Positions 12,831 to 24,096 of a stretch of DNA of 64,000 bases are shown one piece after another. The notes beneath the pieces were generated by a model. That model did no database searches. It saw only the letters and a list, made by a program, of their open reading frames with translations, and was not told the DNA's origin. How positions within the stretch are numbered: the first letter of the stretch is position 1; each line of letters starts with the position of its first letter. The stretch comes from Podarcis cretensis. Taxonomy: Eukaryota. The translations under genes and the position numbers were made by a program. Where the stretch lies: contig OX638155.1 of the NCBI GenBank assembly GCA_951804945.1, positions 33,294,001 to 33,358,000 on the forward strand, given 5' to 3'.

Positions 12831-15229
12831 TTTAATTTACCTGAATTTTAAAGTAGTATGCATATTGTTAAATCCAAGAATACTTAAAGAACAAAAGTAT
12901 GGGCAAATAATTGTCTCATCAGTTGGCGATATTGCTGTTATTAGTGTGATACAGTGGAAATGAATAATTGAGTGAATGCTATTAGCAGAGTCCATGTATT
13001 ACTGAAATCACAGTAGGTTATAATGGAATTCTTGGCATTTGCTGGTATGAAAATAACAGGCCTTTTCTAGATGCTATTGAACTTTTTGACATCTATGATA
13101 GGTGTAATACTCTTGACATAAAATGGTGTTTTACCTCTTAATTAAACTGAATTTTTGACTAAAAGTTTTACTTGACAACTCTGAAAAGGCTGGCATGCCA
13201 ATTGATTTTTTTGGTACGTCAGTGGAAGATTTCAGTGCGCTACTGCCATGATACTATTACATTTGTCTTGACTCACAAATGTAAACAATGGTGGTGTGGC
13301 CCTTTATAAGGCAAGTTAGGTGGCAGTTGCTTTGTGGAGCAACCTGGTCACATAAAAGAGCTAGCCATGCAGTTCTTCCAGTGTTCACTTCCAGTAATTT
13401 TAGCAGTAGAGTGTTGTACTTTTTTTTAATGGTGATTGCTGGTAGGAACAGATTGCTGAAAACAATTTGCCACCCCGAGCAACCTCTGCACAGTTGCATT
13501 ATAAGCAGTAGGAGCATAGAACAGATTCATATGTATCTTGAACCAAAGTGGGCCACTTCAGACAGATTTAAAACTTGTCCTGGTTGAAGTGGGATCTCTC
13601 TGACGTCCCCAAAGTTGAAGCAGAGACCTCCAAAACAGTTTGGGACAACTGGAGGAATCAAATGTTTCAAAAGTGCTGCAGACAGTGTGCCTTCAAAAAA
13701 TGAGACATTTCTCCCTCATCTTATCATTTTATAAGGAAAATAACAGGATGAGGAAAGGTGGTGAAGGGAAAGTTCTTTAGAGACTGAGAGATCTATCTTC
13801 TAAAAAGAGGGAATGATTTTACCAGGGCTCTCCAGTCACAATGTTCTTTGCTAGTTTTGCTAGTTCTTCTAGTAGTGCTTGCTTGGAAAATGCTGGACTT
13901 TCATATCCTTCTGCTTCTGTCCCACATACCCACTCCTTTCAAATCAGCTTTGACCTTAGTTGAGCCGTAAAAAAACCTAAAGCTCTATTTAAATTTTAAG
14001 TCCCTAAGATTCTGTTATCACCATTTTGAAATTTTGTGGACTCTTTTCCCAGAGGCAGCCCTGTCTTATTTTTATAATAAAATTATTGCCCATTAAAACC
14101 AAAGAGCAGGTAGCGAAACCCTTTAAATACCCCCTCCCCCAAATCAATGTTAAATATACATAGTAGGAAAATTCCTGGTCCTATTTATCAGTATTTTGGC
14201 AGGTTCCTTATCAAGGAAAATCTCTCATGTATACTTTTTTTTTCCTCACGGCCTCCAAACTATGTAGGAAAATCACTGCATTTATCCTTTTGAAACTTGG
14301 CAGGATTCATCTCCTCAGGTGTGGCTACCATACTCCAAAAAATTAAAATTACAGGCAATTCATTTGCCATTGGGGTGGGTAGATAAAAATAATCACATAA
14401 AATAAAAATACTGTGACAATTTGTTTCTGATATGTCAGAAGTGACTATGTCCACAAATTTCATCCAGTTCTGTCAATAAGGAGAAAATGCTGTAATGTTT
14501 CATTTTAATTTGCCCATAATAGTGAATGGGGAAGTTTAACACTTAACTTTTGCAAATTGGGATTTGGCTGCAGACCCCTAGCAAAACTGGATTGCTTCCA
14601 GATCAGTTCAGTTCCAAATTACAGTACAAATTGAGTCTTGCGGTCAGTACAGACCCCTAATTAGTAATTAGTAATGTTGCTTGTTTGCAACTTAAGGCCA
14701 TTTCTACTGCCTTGGGAAAACCTGCAAATGAATAAATGGTTTTTAAAATAATGTTTCTGTAACTTTCAATATAAAGGACCAATATGATTTTGCCTCCTCA
14801 GCCTTTCCTACTTCAAAAGAAACAAGTCACATTTTAAATTTAAATGACTGACTGAATGGCTGGGCATGGATGATCATATTAATAAGCTTAGTTATGTATG
14901 AGTCTTTTTCCTGTGTATGCAGGCCCTTCCCCTCCTCCATTTGTGGCAGTGCTGAAGTCTCCAAGTTTGTTTTATCTGCACAGGGAAATTATGCTTACTA
15001 ACTTTGGAACAAACCAGGATCGTAAACTAACTTCAAAGGATGGTTTCAGTCCCACAGTTGTTCCACAGATGGTAACAACCATAGTTTCATGGTACAGATG
15101 AAATGGAAACAATGGTGAATTGGAGACTCCTCCATTTCATTAAAACATGCCATGAAGGAAGGGGGGAAGGTGCTGCATGTTCAGGCACAGTGGTACACTC
15201 AGGTGATTCTGGACTGTGGTCTTACTGAT

Positions 15230-15372
15230 CATAGAATCAGAGTTGGAAGGGACCCTGAGCATCATCTAATCCACCCCACAGCAGTGCAGGAATATGCAGC
15301 TGTCCCTTACAGGGATCAAACCTGCAACCTTGGTATTATCAGCACCGCACTCTAACCAACTGAGCTATCCAG
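15230..15372 (-). mobile_element. tRNA-derived SINE with CR1-type tail (AnolisSINE2/Squam2-like)
   Basis: On the minus strand: ggatagctcagttggttagag (A box), caggtttgatccc (B box), and tail cccttccaactctgattctatg. Confidence 0.8.
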
Positions 15373-16425
15373 TGGGAGATAGGATGAATGAAATGAAGTT
15401 AGCACTTGCTATGCCAACATGAAATAAAGGTTTGACTGTATGTAAAAAAGGGTAAAGGAAAAGGACCCCTGGCTGATTAAGTCCAGTCGGTGCTCATCTT
15501 GCTTTAGGCTAAGGGAGCTGGAGTTTGTCCGCAGAGAGCTTTACTCAGATTGGTTGGGCTTTTTAATCTTGATTATTTACATTTACATTTGAAATAAGAT
15601 GATGATGGTTATTATTATTATTACTACCATGGTAGGTGCCAGTTCCAATCCATTATTGGAAATCATACACACACTCTCTCTCTCTCTTTAAATAACGTTT
15701 AATTAGAAATTGTAACTCAGTATTTTGCAAAGCTACCTCCCCCCCCCCAAAGCATTCACTTTGATTTGGGTGACCTGAAACAATGTGTCTAGAATTATGG
15801 AAAAGGAGCTTTCTGAATATTTGTGTTTGAATATTTTGAAGTCAATATGCAGTTGCTTCTGAATGAGCTCAGTTAAGCTACAGATGGAGCCATAAATTCC
15901 AATAAAGTGCTCACATGTCAGTAGTATTATACGTGAGAAGCACAACAAGCTGGGCTGAATTGTGAAAATGTTCCCTCATCCGAATCTTTTTGCATTACTT
16001 TATGAGAACTTAATGGAAATTCTTGCTCAAGTTGACACTGACACCCATCAGTTCAAACATACTGCCTGGAACTTTGGGTTTGTGGTCTAATACTGTTCAA
16101 AAGGGAACAACAACACCCTTAAACTCAAAAGTAATATTTTTACAGTAATTATAATCAAAATGCTGTTTCTTGGGAATTTGGCTTTTAAAATGGATTGACT
16201 TGCTTTTGTCAAATAGCTGAACAAGATATAATGAAAGGAGCTAAGCTTAATAATAACGACAACAACAAATTTTAATGTTGGCTTTTCCTTTACTTGGTAA
16301 GTTGTTGGTTACCAGAAGACTCCTGGGTCTATTTTTGTTTAACAAAATGCAAAATATTTGAGTAGAATATATTAAAACAAATGAGTTTTATGTATAATGG
16401 TACCATTTTCCCCTTTTATTTGAAG

Positions 16426-16546
16426 GTCACTCTGTGAGATTGCTGGGTCAGAAAAAGGATAATGGAAAACGGTTGGGGGGAGCGCGATTGGATTTGCCAA
16501 AGATTAGAAAGAACCCACTGATAGAAATAATTTCCATCAATACAGG
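16426..16546 (+). CDS. CDKAL1: CDKAL1 internal coding exon (equivalent to human exon 8)
   Basis: Acceptor ttttccccttttatttgaag| and donor acagg|gtaagc; 121 nt, (G)[39 protein letters not shown](G). Confidence 0.97.
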
Positions 16547-19052
16547 GTAAGCATCATTCAAACTGACATAAAATATTCAATACTGCCTAGAAATTCAATT
16601 TCATTTTTGTCCATTCTTAATGCAGAGCTGCCTCAGGTCGTACCATAAAGAACAAAACAGTGAAAATTCCCATGATATTCAGTAGCATTAATACTTTAAG
16701 ACAAGTTACCTAATTATTTACTTATATTTCACAGTTATAAAAATTGAAGGGGTGTGCGTGTTTGCTTAAACTGTAGTATCTGCTATTTCTAATCTTTCCT
16801 GAAAACATAATTTTGTGTTGTGATAGATCTCTTTTGTATGATGACTAACTCTTCCTATACCAGCTTCTATACAGCCAATTTCCATGTCCGTTTTGTGGTT
16901 AGAGGAACCACTATGGGGCTGCTTCCCCCCTCAGGACCCACAAGATACTGTTGGAAAGCTCTCCTGAAATCGAATAGCACTTTTGAGGACATTGCCTTTT
17001 CAATATGCTTGGGCTTTGGCTCTTATTTTGGGTGATGCCTGGGTGCCAGAATGATGCCTGACATCTCTACCATCTGAAAGTACATGGCTGAGGATCATTG
17101 GATCTGGACTGTTTTCACACACTAACACCCCACCCTGTAGAATTCCATCAGTTATGTTTTATCTGCACAATTGGAATGAATTTCTGGATCAAATTTGCTT
17201 TTTCTGTGCAGCCTGAGCAGGAGCAGTCACCATTAAGAAAAAGAGGTTGGAATATATAGTCTGTCCCTGGATCAAATGACTTTTCAAGTTCTCAAAGCTC
17301 TTAACCTAGTTCAAGGTTGTCATCTGTACTAGCTAGATGTTTATCTGAGAATCAATCACAGTCAGTCCATCATTTGAAAAATAAGACTTTAAAGCCGTCT
17401 TGCCCAAAAATGACAACTAAACATTCCCTTTTGGCGACTGTAACCTTGTTTTAAGGACCCATTTGTGCCTAGCTTATATATCTGAGTTTCTAACACTCTT
17501 TTTAATTATTTCTCAAAAGCTTATACTGGTCAGCTAAGGGGAATTGAGGTTACAGGATAGTGTTATCTACTCCAAAGTCTGCACCATGGGAACTAAGTCC
17601 TGCAGAATCAGTTATTTATGTAAAAGAAGACTGAGCTGCAAATGTCATTGTTTTTGTGGTGTATCTCTTATTAGGCAAGCAGCTGGTCTAATTAAAAACA
17701 GAACACTATCTCTCTTGCCTAGGTCATCCCTGGTTGCTAACACAGCAGTAACACACGAACCCTCCTCCTCCTCTCTCTCCACCAGTCCAATTTCCACATA
17801 TTCATTGCTTTCCCCCCTTCCTTCTTGCCTTTCATTCTCTCTGGAACTGCGGCTCCCTTGCCCAGAAAACAGTCCTCTTCCATGAGTTTTTCCTCTCTTG
17901 GTCCATCGATTTCCCCTCACAGTAACTTTGCTTTCCCCAGCACTGCCCCTCTTTCTGCCTTCTCCTTTAGATAGTGGGGTAGGAGAGCTGAGAAAAAAAT
18001 CACATCAGTCAACCAATGTGTCCTTTTGGTTTCAGATAGCACAGGTGTAGACTAAAAAGCCTGGGGCACAAATTTCACAGCTCTCCAGCGGCTGTGGTGG
18101 CTCGTTTACCAGAAGTATTTAGTGCTAACTCTGGAAGTGTTTACTCAATTCGGACCAAACTAAGCCTCCTAGAGCATAATATACAGTGACTGAACTCATA
18201 GCAGTGCAGAATCAGCAAGACCAAAGGAGGAAAACAGACACAATCTCCTGTCCAGGGGATCTCATGTTCACACTAAGCCATAGCTTGGTTTAGCATTACT
18301 TGTGAACTGAACCATAATGTAATCATGCACATTATTTCACAGTATTCAAAGAGTAATTAAAAATGAGAAAGCTAAATGGAGAAGCCAGTAATAGGTGATT
18401 TGGATCCATCTGACTGAGAGCAAAAAGGATATAAAAAGTTTTTACATTTCTTCATATGAAACAAAACAACTTGTGCTTAAAAGTTAGAAGACGAGAGAGG
18501 AAAAAAATAATTGTTTACCATAGAAATAATTGCAAAATCTTTTTTTTTATTTTTGGCTAGAGGTATGTGTACAAACACATGCATGCACATGTATTAGTGG
18601 TACTGGAATACATCAAAGATACTATTTCTTCATTAAACTATTTAAATGGGATCTCTGACACACAGTATTTTTCCAATTACTTGTCCAAATATGTAACCAC
18701 AGCTTTGTTAATCTAAGTACTTTAACATTATTTTCTTTGTTTTATTTATGAAGTTCTACATCACTGAATATGTTTGAGCTGTTATAAAGAACATTGCTCT
18801 TTAGATTTATGCATTTATATGTTTAGTTTGATATTCCCACACTTGCCCCAAGGGGTAAGAGCAGCCAACACGTGCAGTTTTTGTAGCTCAAAGTTTATCT
18901 TAATCCAGCATCGTTCCAGCGGTATCTTACATAAGGAATGTGCTCCTAGACCTGCTACTGTGCCTGTTAGTTGCATCCCCTTTAGAATTATCCACTGGGT
19001 AGGGTTGCACTGAAATAGCTGGCCCTTTGCTTTTTCTTAACATCAGCCCTTC

Positions 19053-19260
19053 AGAACATAAGAGGAGCCTGCTGGATCAGACCAGTGGCTCATCTAATCC
19101 ATCTCATAGTAGCCAGCCAGATGCCCATGGGAAACATGCAAGCAGAGACTAAGCAAAGAGCACTCTCACCACCTGCAGTTTCCAGAAATTGGTAGTCAGA
19201 AGCATATTGCCTCCAATTCTGGGGGCAAAGTGTAGAGCATAGTCAACATGACTAGGAGCC
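19053..19260 (-). mobile_element. Probable CR1-family 3' UTR fragment
   Basis: agaacataagaggagcctgctggatcagaccagtggctcatcta resembles the reverse-complemented tail of a sauropsid CR1 subfamily; family assignment is from memory. Confidence 0.55.
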
Positions 19261-19264
19261 ACCA

Positions 19265-19414
19265 TGATGATGATGATGATGATGATGATGATATTGATAT
19301 TGCTTCCTATGAAGCATCTCAAGGTGATTTCACAATAAACACACACACAAACACACAAATTGCATATCTTAAAAAAACCCCAGCAATTACACACACACAC
19401 ACACACACACACAC
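19265..19414. repeat. (GAT)n and (CA)n microsatellites
   Basis: GAT run at about 19265-19292; CA run at about 19389-19414. Confidence 0.9.
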
Positions 19415-19767
19415 AATACAAAGGTTAGGGGTGCTGTGAGTTCTAGTTCCAGACATCTGGAGGGCACTGTGTTGGCTCCCTCTGCCCTGAAGGACTTGGA
19501 TATTATAGAATTATAATAATGGTCCATGTATCTTTTCTGAACTGTGATTCCATATTAGTATGTTCTTAGGACACATACATTTCCTAAGAGAAGCAATATT
19601 ATATGGAACTGTCTTAACTGGTTAACAGTCTCACCCAGCAGTGGACTGTGGAGAAGAGCTCTTAAGACATGGCCTGAATTATATAAGGAGAGGCAATCCT
19701 AGCTATTTTGGTCTATAAAGATGAGCACCTTAGGTCCAGAAGTTAATAGGCGACCAGTATTGGTATA

Positions 19768-19963
19768 CAGTGGTGCCTCTACTGGTTACGTATCCTTTGG
19801 GATACGCATATGACAAACCCGGAAGTATTTTTCTGGGTTTCGCCATGCGCAGAAGTGCTCTCCCGCTTCACGCATGCACAGAACAGGCACCTCCAGTTGC
19901 GAAAACCTCAGGATCCGACTGGAGCTCTGGAACGGATTCCATCCGCAACCGGAGGTACCACTG
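19768..19963. mobile_element. Tigger/pogo-like MITE
   Basis: TIR cagtggtgcctc / gaggtaccactg; TA on the left, TG (mutated TA) on the right. Confidence 0.75.
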
Positions 19964-22900
19964 TGGTATGACTTCACTGGCCAATATATTCTGGCAGCCA
20001 CAGTTTGCAGCAGTTATTATTAATTAAATGTCTATATTGCCTTTCATCGGAAGATCACAGGGCAGTTTACAATATAAAAACATAAAAATGCATAGTGTAA
20101 TAAGAAACCAAAACAATGACCCCCCACAGAAGCGGGGTTTTCTGGTTTCTCCCCAGTAGTGGTTGGAGAGGGTGATATAGATCAAGGGAATTGGTGCAGA
20201 ATGAAAAGTTTCAACACTACTTCCACCTGAAGCTGCTTGAGTAGGGTTGTTAACTAGTTATAAAAAGAAGGAAATGGAGGGTAGGGACTAGAGATCCTGA
20301 TCCCAGCTCTCCCTCAGCATATCCATTTTGGCCCTTAGCGCAGTGGTTTTTAAATACACAACAGGGTAGAGGGTTCTTCCCCTGGGATGCTGGAGTACAT
20401 GTGCACTGTGAAATGTGCAAGCAGATACTGATTGGGCAGCCTTGCAGATAAGTATTGGGAGCCATTCAACTATCCTCATGCTCTGATCCCTCTGTCCCCT
20501 GCTCATGTGATCATCTCTTCAGCCAGGAGAGAGGAAGAGTTTACCAGTGGCTGCCTCTGTTGTGTTTCCACCTGTGGAAATTGCAGTGCGTGCTTGCATC
20601 TGCATGCTGTCATCTTCCAGAATGGGGAGAATGTGTTCACGTGTGGTAGCAGCAGGGGCTGCACCTTGCCACCTCTAAGTGGTTACCGATCACAGGCAGC
20701 ATACTTTTATTACAAGGGAGTGGTTAAGGGTCTGCTAATTTCCTTATTGCAGCAGTGTTCTTACATGAATAAACATAATTGCCTAATTCCACGATCTGCT
20801 GCAATAGTCCGTGAATATTTCAGGTTGAGCTCACAACTGAATGCAGCTTCATAACCTGTGTCTCACTGTGCTCTCATTGCAAGTTACCCCCGCTTATTTT
20901 GCCTTGGTTAAGTTGCTGCTTTGCCAGATGTGGCAGAGTGTAAGGCAGAGAGAAGGCATGGCAAGTTGTCATTGATAATGCTTTGTCTCCACAGTTTTCT
21001 TGCGGGTATTTCAGTCTCTGTGAAGCTGTTGCACAACCTTCTACACCTCATGTTTCACTGTAATGGCCAACAGGAGGGACTTTCCAAATACAGAACTTAG
21101 CTAAATTACTTGTCATTCCAGCTATGAATATTTTGGGATCAAGGTAACTTAATGGCTACTTGTCTAGTCCTGCAACCCATTTTTCAGCACAGTGGTATGT
21201 GCTGGGTGCGCACTCCCCAGCACATGCATGCTCATGCGCACACACCCTTTGGAGGATAGCCAAAGCACTAATCAATGGCCTATTTTTCGTTGCAACCTAT
21301 GTTAGCTAAAACTCTCAGTGAGCATTTTTAATTCACTGTAGTCTCAAAAATTGCATATAAATGCAATATTTTAAGCATCTGCTCAGTATCTCAAAGGAAC
21401 GTTATTGTCAATAGCTTTGCAACTGGATCTGTTTCACATTTAGAAGTAAATCTCACTGCATTTATTGGAGACACTGTTGTGTCAGTGTACACAGGGCTGC
21501 AGACTTAAGAATTTACATATCTATTTTGTGTTAAGTCTTTCTGAGAATAAAATTTTGACCTATGATTCCTAAATCTTGTTTGTAAGTCAGAGGAATTTCA
21601 TACTCAGAATGGCACTCATAGATGAAATTTGCCTGCTGACGTAAAATGCTTCATTATAATTGGCCTTTATTTTCCCAGTAGAAGACCCTCTTTGTTAGCA
21701 AGAAATAGAAAAGTACTGAAGCAAGTGCTGACAGCTCACTTTAAGCAAAGGCTAATTACTCTTTTGGTTCTCGTCAAAATAATTTTTGTTGATTACCTTC
21801 TTTAGTACTCTGCATTCAGACTCTGCACCTGACAGAATTTCTTATGAATATATTGATAAAAGTAATTTTGAATGTTGTTTTGTTTAACAAACCAGACCCC
21901 TTGATACCATAGAAATGGTATTGTAATCATGTGAGCAGAAATACTTTTCTTATTATAATATTAAAAGGGGGGGGGACCCCGCCTTTTGAGTGGCTAATTT
22001 GTGTAACCACATTTTATTATACAGGAGTAAGAATTCTAATATTAATACAGAGTTTTGGTAAGAGATCATTTCCTGTTTTGTGGGGATCTCTTATTTTTTT
22101 TGTAGAAATCTCTACTCCCTTCAGAAAATGCCAAGTATGAGAGCCAAAGTTTATTACTGCTCCAATAAGATAATTGGCTGCAAGACTGAATCTATATTTC
22201 AAATTGCTTGGTAATAGAAGCTAATTCTTGTAGGGATGGATAGCTAGTCAAAATTCTTTGGTTCTTGAGCAGCTAGGCAGCTGAAAACCTGTATTTTTGA
22301 TTGTGAATATGCATCGTTTTCTCTCCCCACCCACTCATTTCTAAAGTACAGTTTTTGCATTAACTGCAACAAAAAGGCACCTCAAAAACATAATTTAGAT
22401 GTAGGACAGATATCGGTGAAATGTCAAAACTATGCATTTTAGGATATGGTATATTTCTGTGAGGTAAAAACTGTTTTGTGATTTCCTGCTTTTGAATTAT
22501 TTAAGGATAACTAAACGATCTTAAATGCAGAAGCCATCGTTCCTGTCTAACTGTAACTTGTTGAAGTATCTGTTGCCAGGCCTGAAGCATGCAAGAGCAC
22601 CAGCTGGAGTATATCAAATATTCATGGTATCAGATAGTTAACAATAACAGAATGGAAAGACAGTTTCACAGATCACAGTCTGTCCCATTATTTTTCTAAT
22701 CTAAGTGGCTGACATCATATATTTTAAAGAAATGTAGTCATCTCTTTTTGGCTGTGACTTACAAAATATGTGCCCAAATCTTTATGCCATGTTGGTCGCA
22801 GATTGGCTTCAAACTGCTTCAGATTGCATTTTTATTGAGCCAAGCCAAGAGTAGTTTATTCAAAGGTGTTGTGTAATGTCACTTTTTCTTTTGGAACAAA

Positions 22901-23023
22901 GGCCCAGTGCAATTCCTGCTATAAAGCCCAAGAGGTATTTTCCTTCCTCTCCACTTTTTAAAGGGGAGTAGCATCGTTTTTTGTCTACTTGTTAGCTCTT
23001 TCTCTCTCTACTCTTAGTAAGTA

Positions 23024-23385
23024 GGGACGCAGGTGGCGCTGTGGGTTAAAGCCTCAGCGCCTAGGACTTGCCGATCGAAAGGTCGGCGGTTCGAATCCCT
23101 GCGGCGGGGTGCGCTCCTGCTGCTCGGTCCCAGCGCCTGCCAACCTAGCAGTTCGAAAGCACCTCCGGGTGCAAGTAGATAAATAGGGACCGCTTACCAG
23201 CGGGAAGGTAAACGGCGTTTCCGTGTGCGGCTCTGGCTCGCCAGAGCAGCGATGTCACGCTGGCCACGTGACCCGGAAGTGTCTCCGGACAGCGCTGGCC
23301 CCTGGCCTCTTAAGTGAGATGGGCGCACAACCCCAGAGTCTGTCAAGACTGGCCCGTACGGGCAGGGGTACCTTTACCTTTACCT
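23024..23385 (+). mobile_element. Full-length Sauria SINE (young, CpG-rich)
   Basis: Head gggacgcaggtggcgctgtgggttaa, B box ggttcgaatccc, tail ggggtacctttacctttacct; flanked by a 55-bp direct duplication. Confidence 0.93.
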
Positions 23386-23922
23386 TAGCATCGTTTTTTG
23401 TCTACTTGTTAGCTCTTTCTCTCTCTACTCTTAGTAAGTAGGAAGAAAGAATGAGAAGAAATATCTTTTTAGTTATACTTTTAAGCAGAGGTTAAAAACA
23501 TAGATTAAGCAACCCCCAGTATTGCACATTTACCAGTCCTTAGAAGTATCCATGCGGCTGTTGTCCATGTCTTCATTTGTAACAGGAAAGATTGACTTAG
23601 CAGACATTCTAGGAATGTCAACTTCTCTTATTTTCACTCTTAGAATCATGCAGAATAGGAATCTAAATAGTAGGTTTCTAGTCTTACATTTGAAAACATC
23701 AATGCTTCTGTGTGCTTGAAAACAGATGGTCCCATTTTCTAGAGCATCAAGACTTGACATTTCCTGTCCTTTGGCTCAGCTGATGTTCATCCATTTCTGT
23801 CCTGTCATTAATTGGGCTGCATTTTGTTGTTGTTGTTGTTGGGTCATCTGATGGCATATCATTATGCTTAAGCAGTCTGATTTGAGTTAGTGCTATTCCC
23901 CCATAGTCCTCTGCAGATAAGT

Positions 23923-24096
23923 CATAGAATTGTACAAACACAGAATTGTAGAGTTGGAATGGGCCCCGCAGGTCATCTAGTCCAATCCTCTTCAATGCAG
24001 AAATTTCAACTAGATCATATATGACAGATGGCCATCCAACCTCTGTTTAAAAACCTCCAAGGAAGGAGAGTCCATCACCTCTTGTGAGAGTCTCTT
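23923..24096 (-). mobile_element. Degenerate CR1 LINE 3' end
   Basis: catagaattg...agagttggaatgggccc...gtcatctagtccaa...aaaacctccaaggaaggagagtccatcac. Confidence 0.75.
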
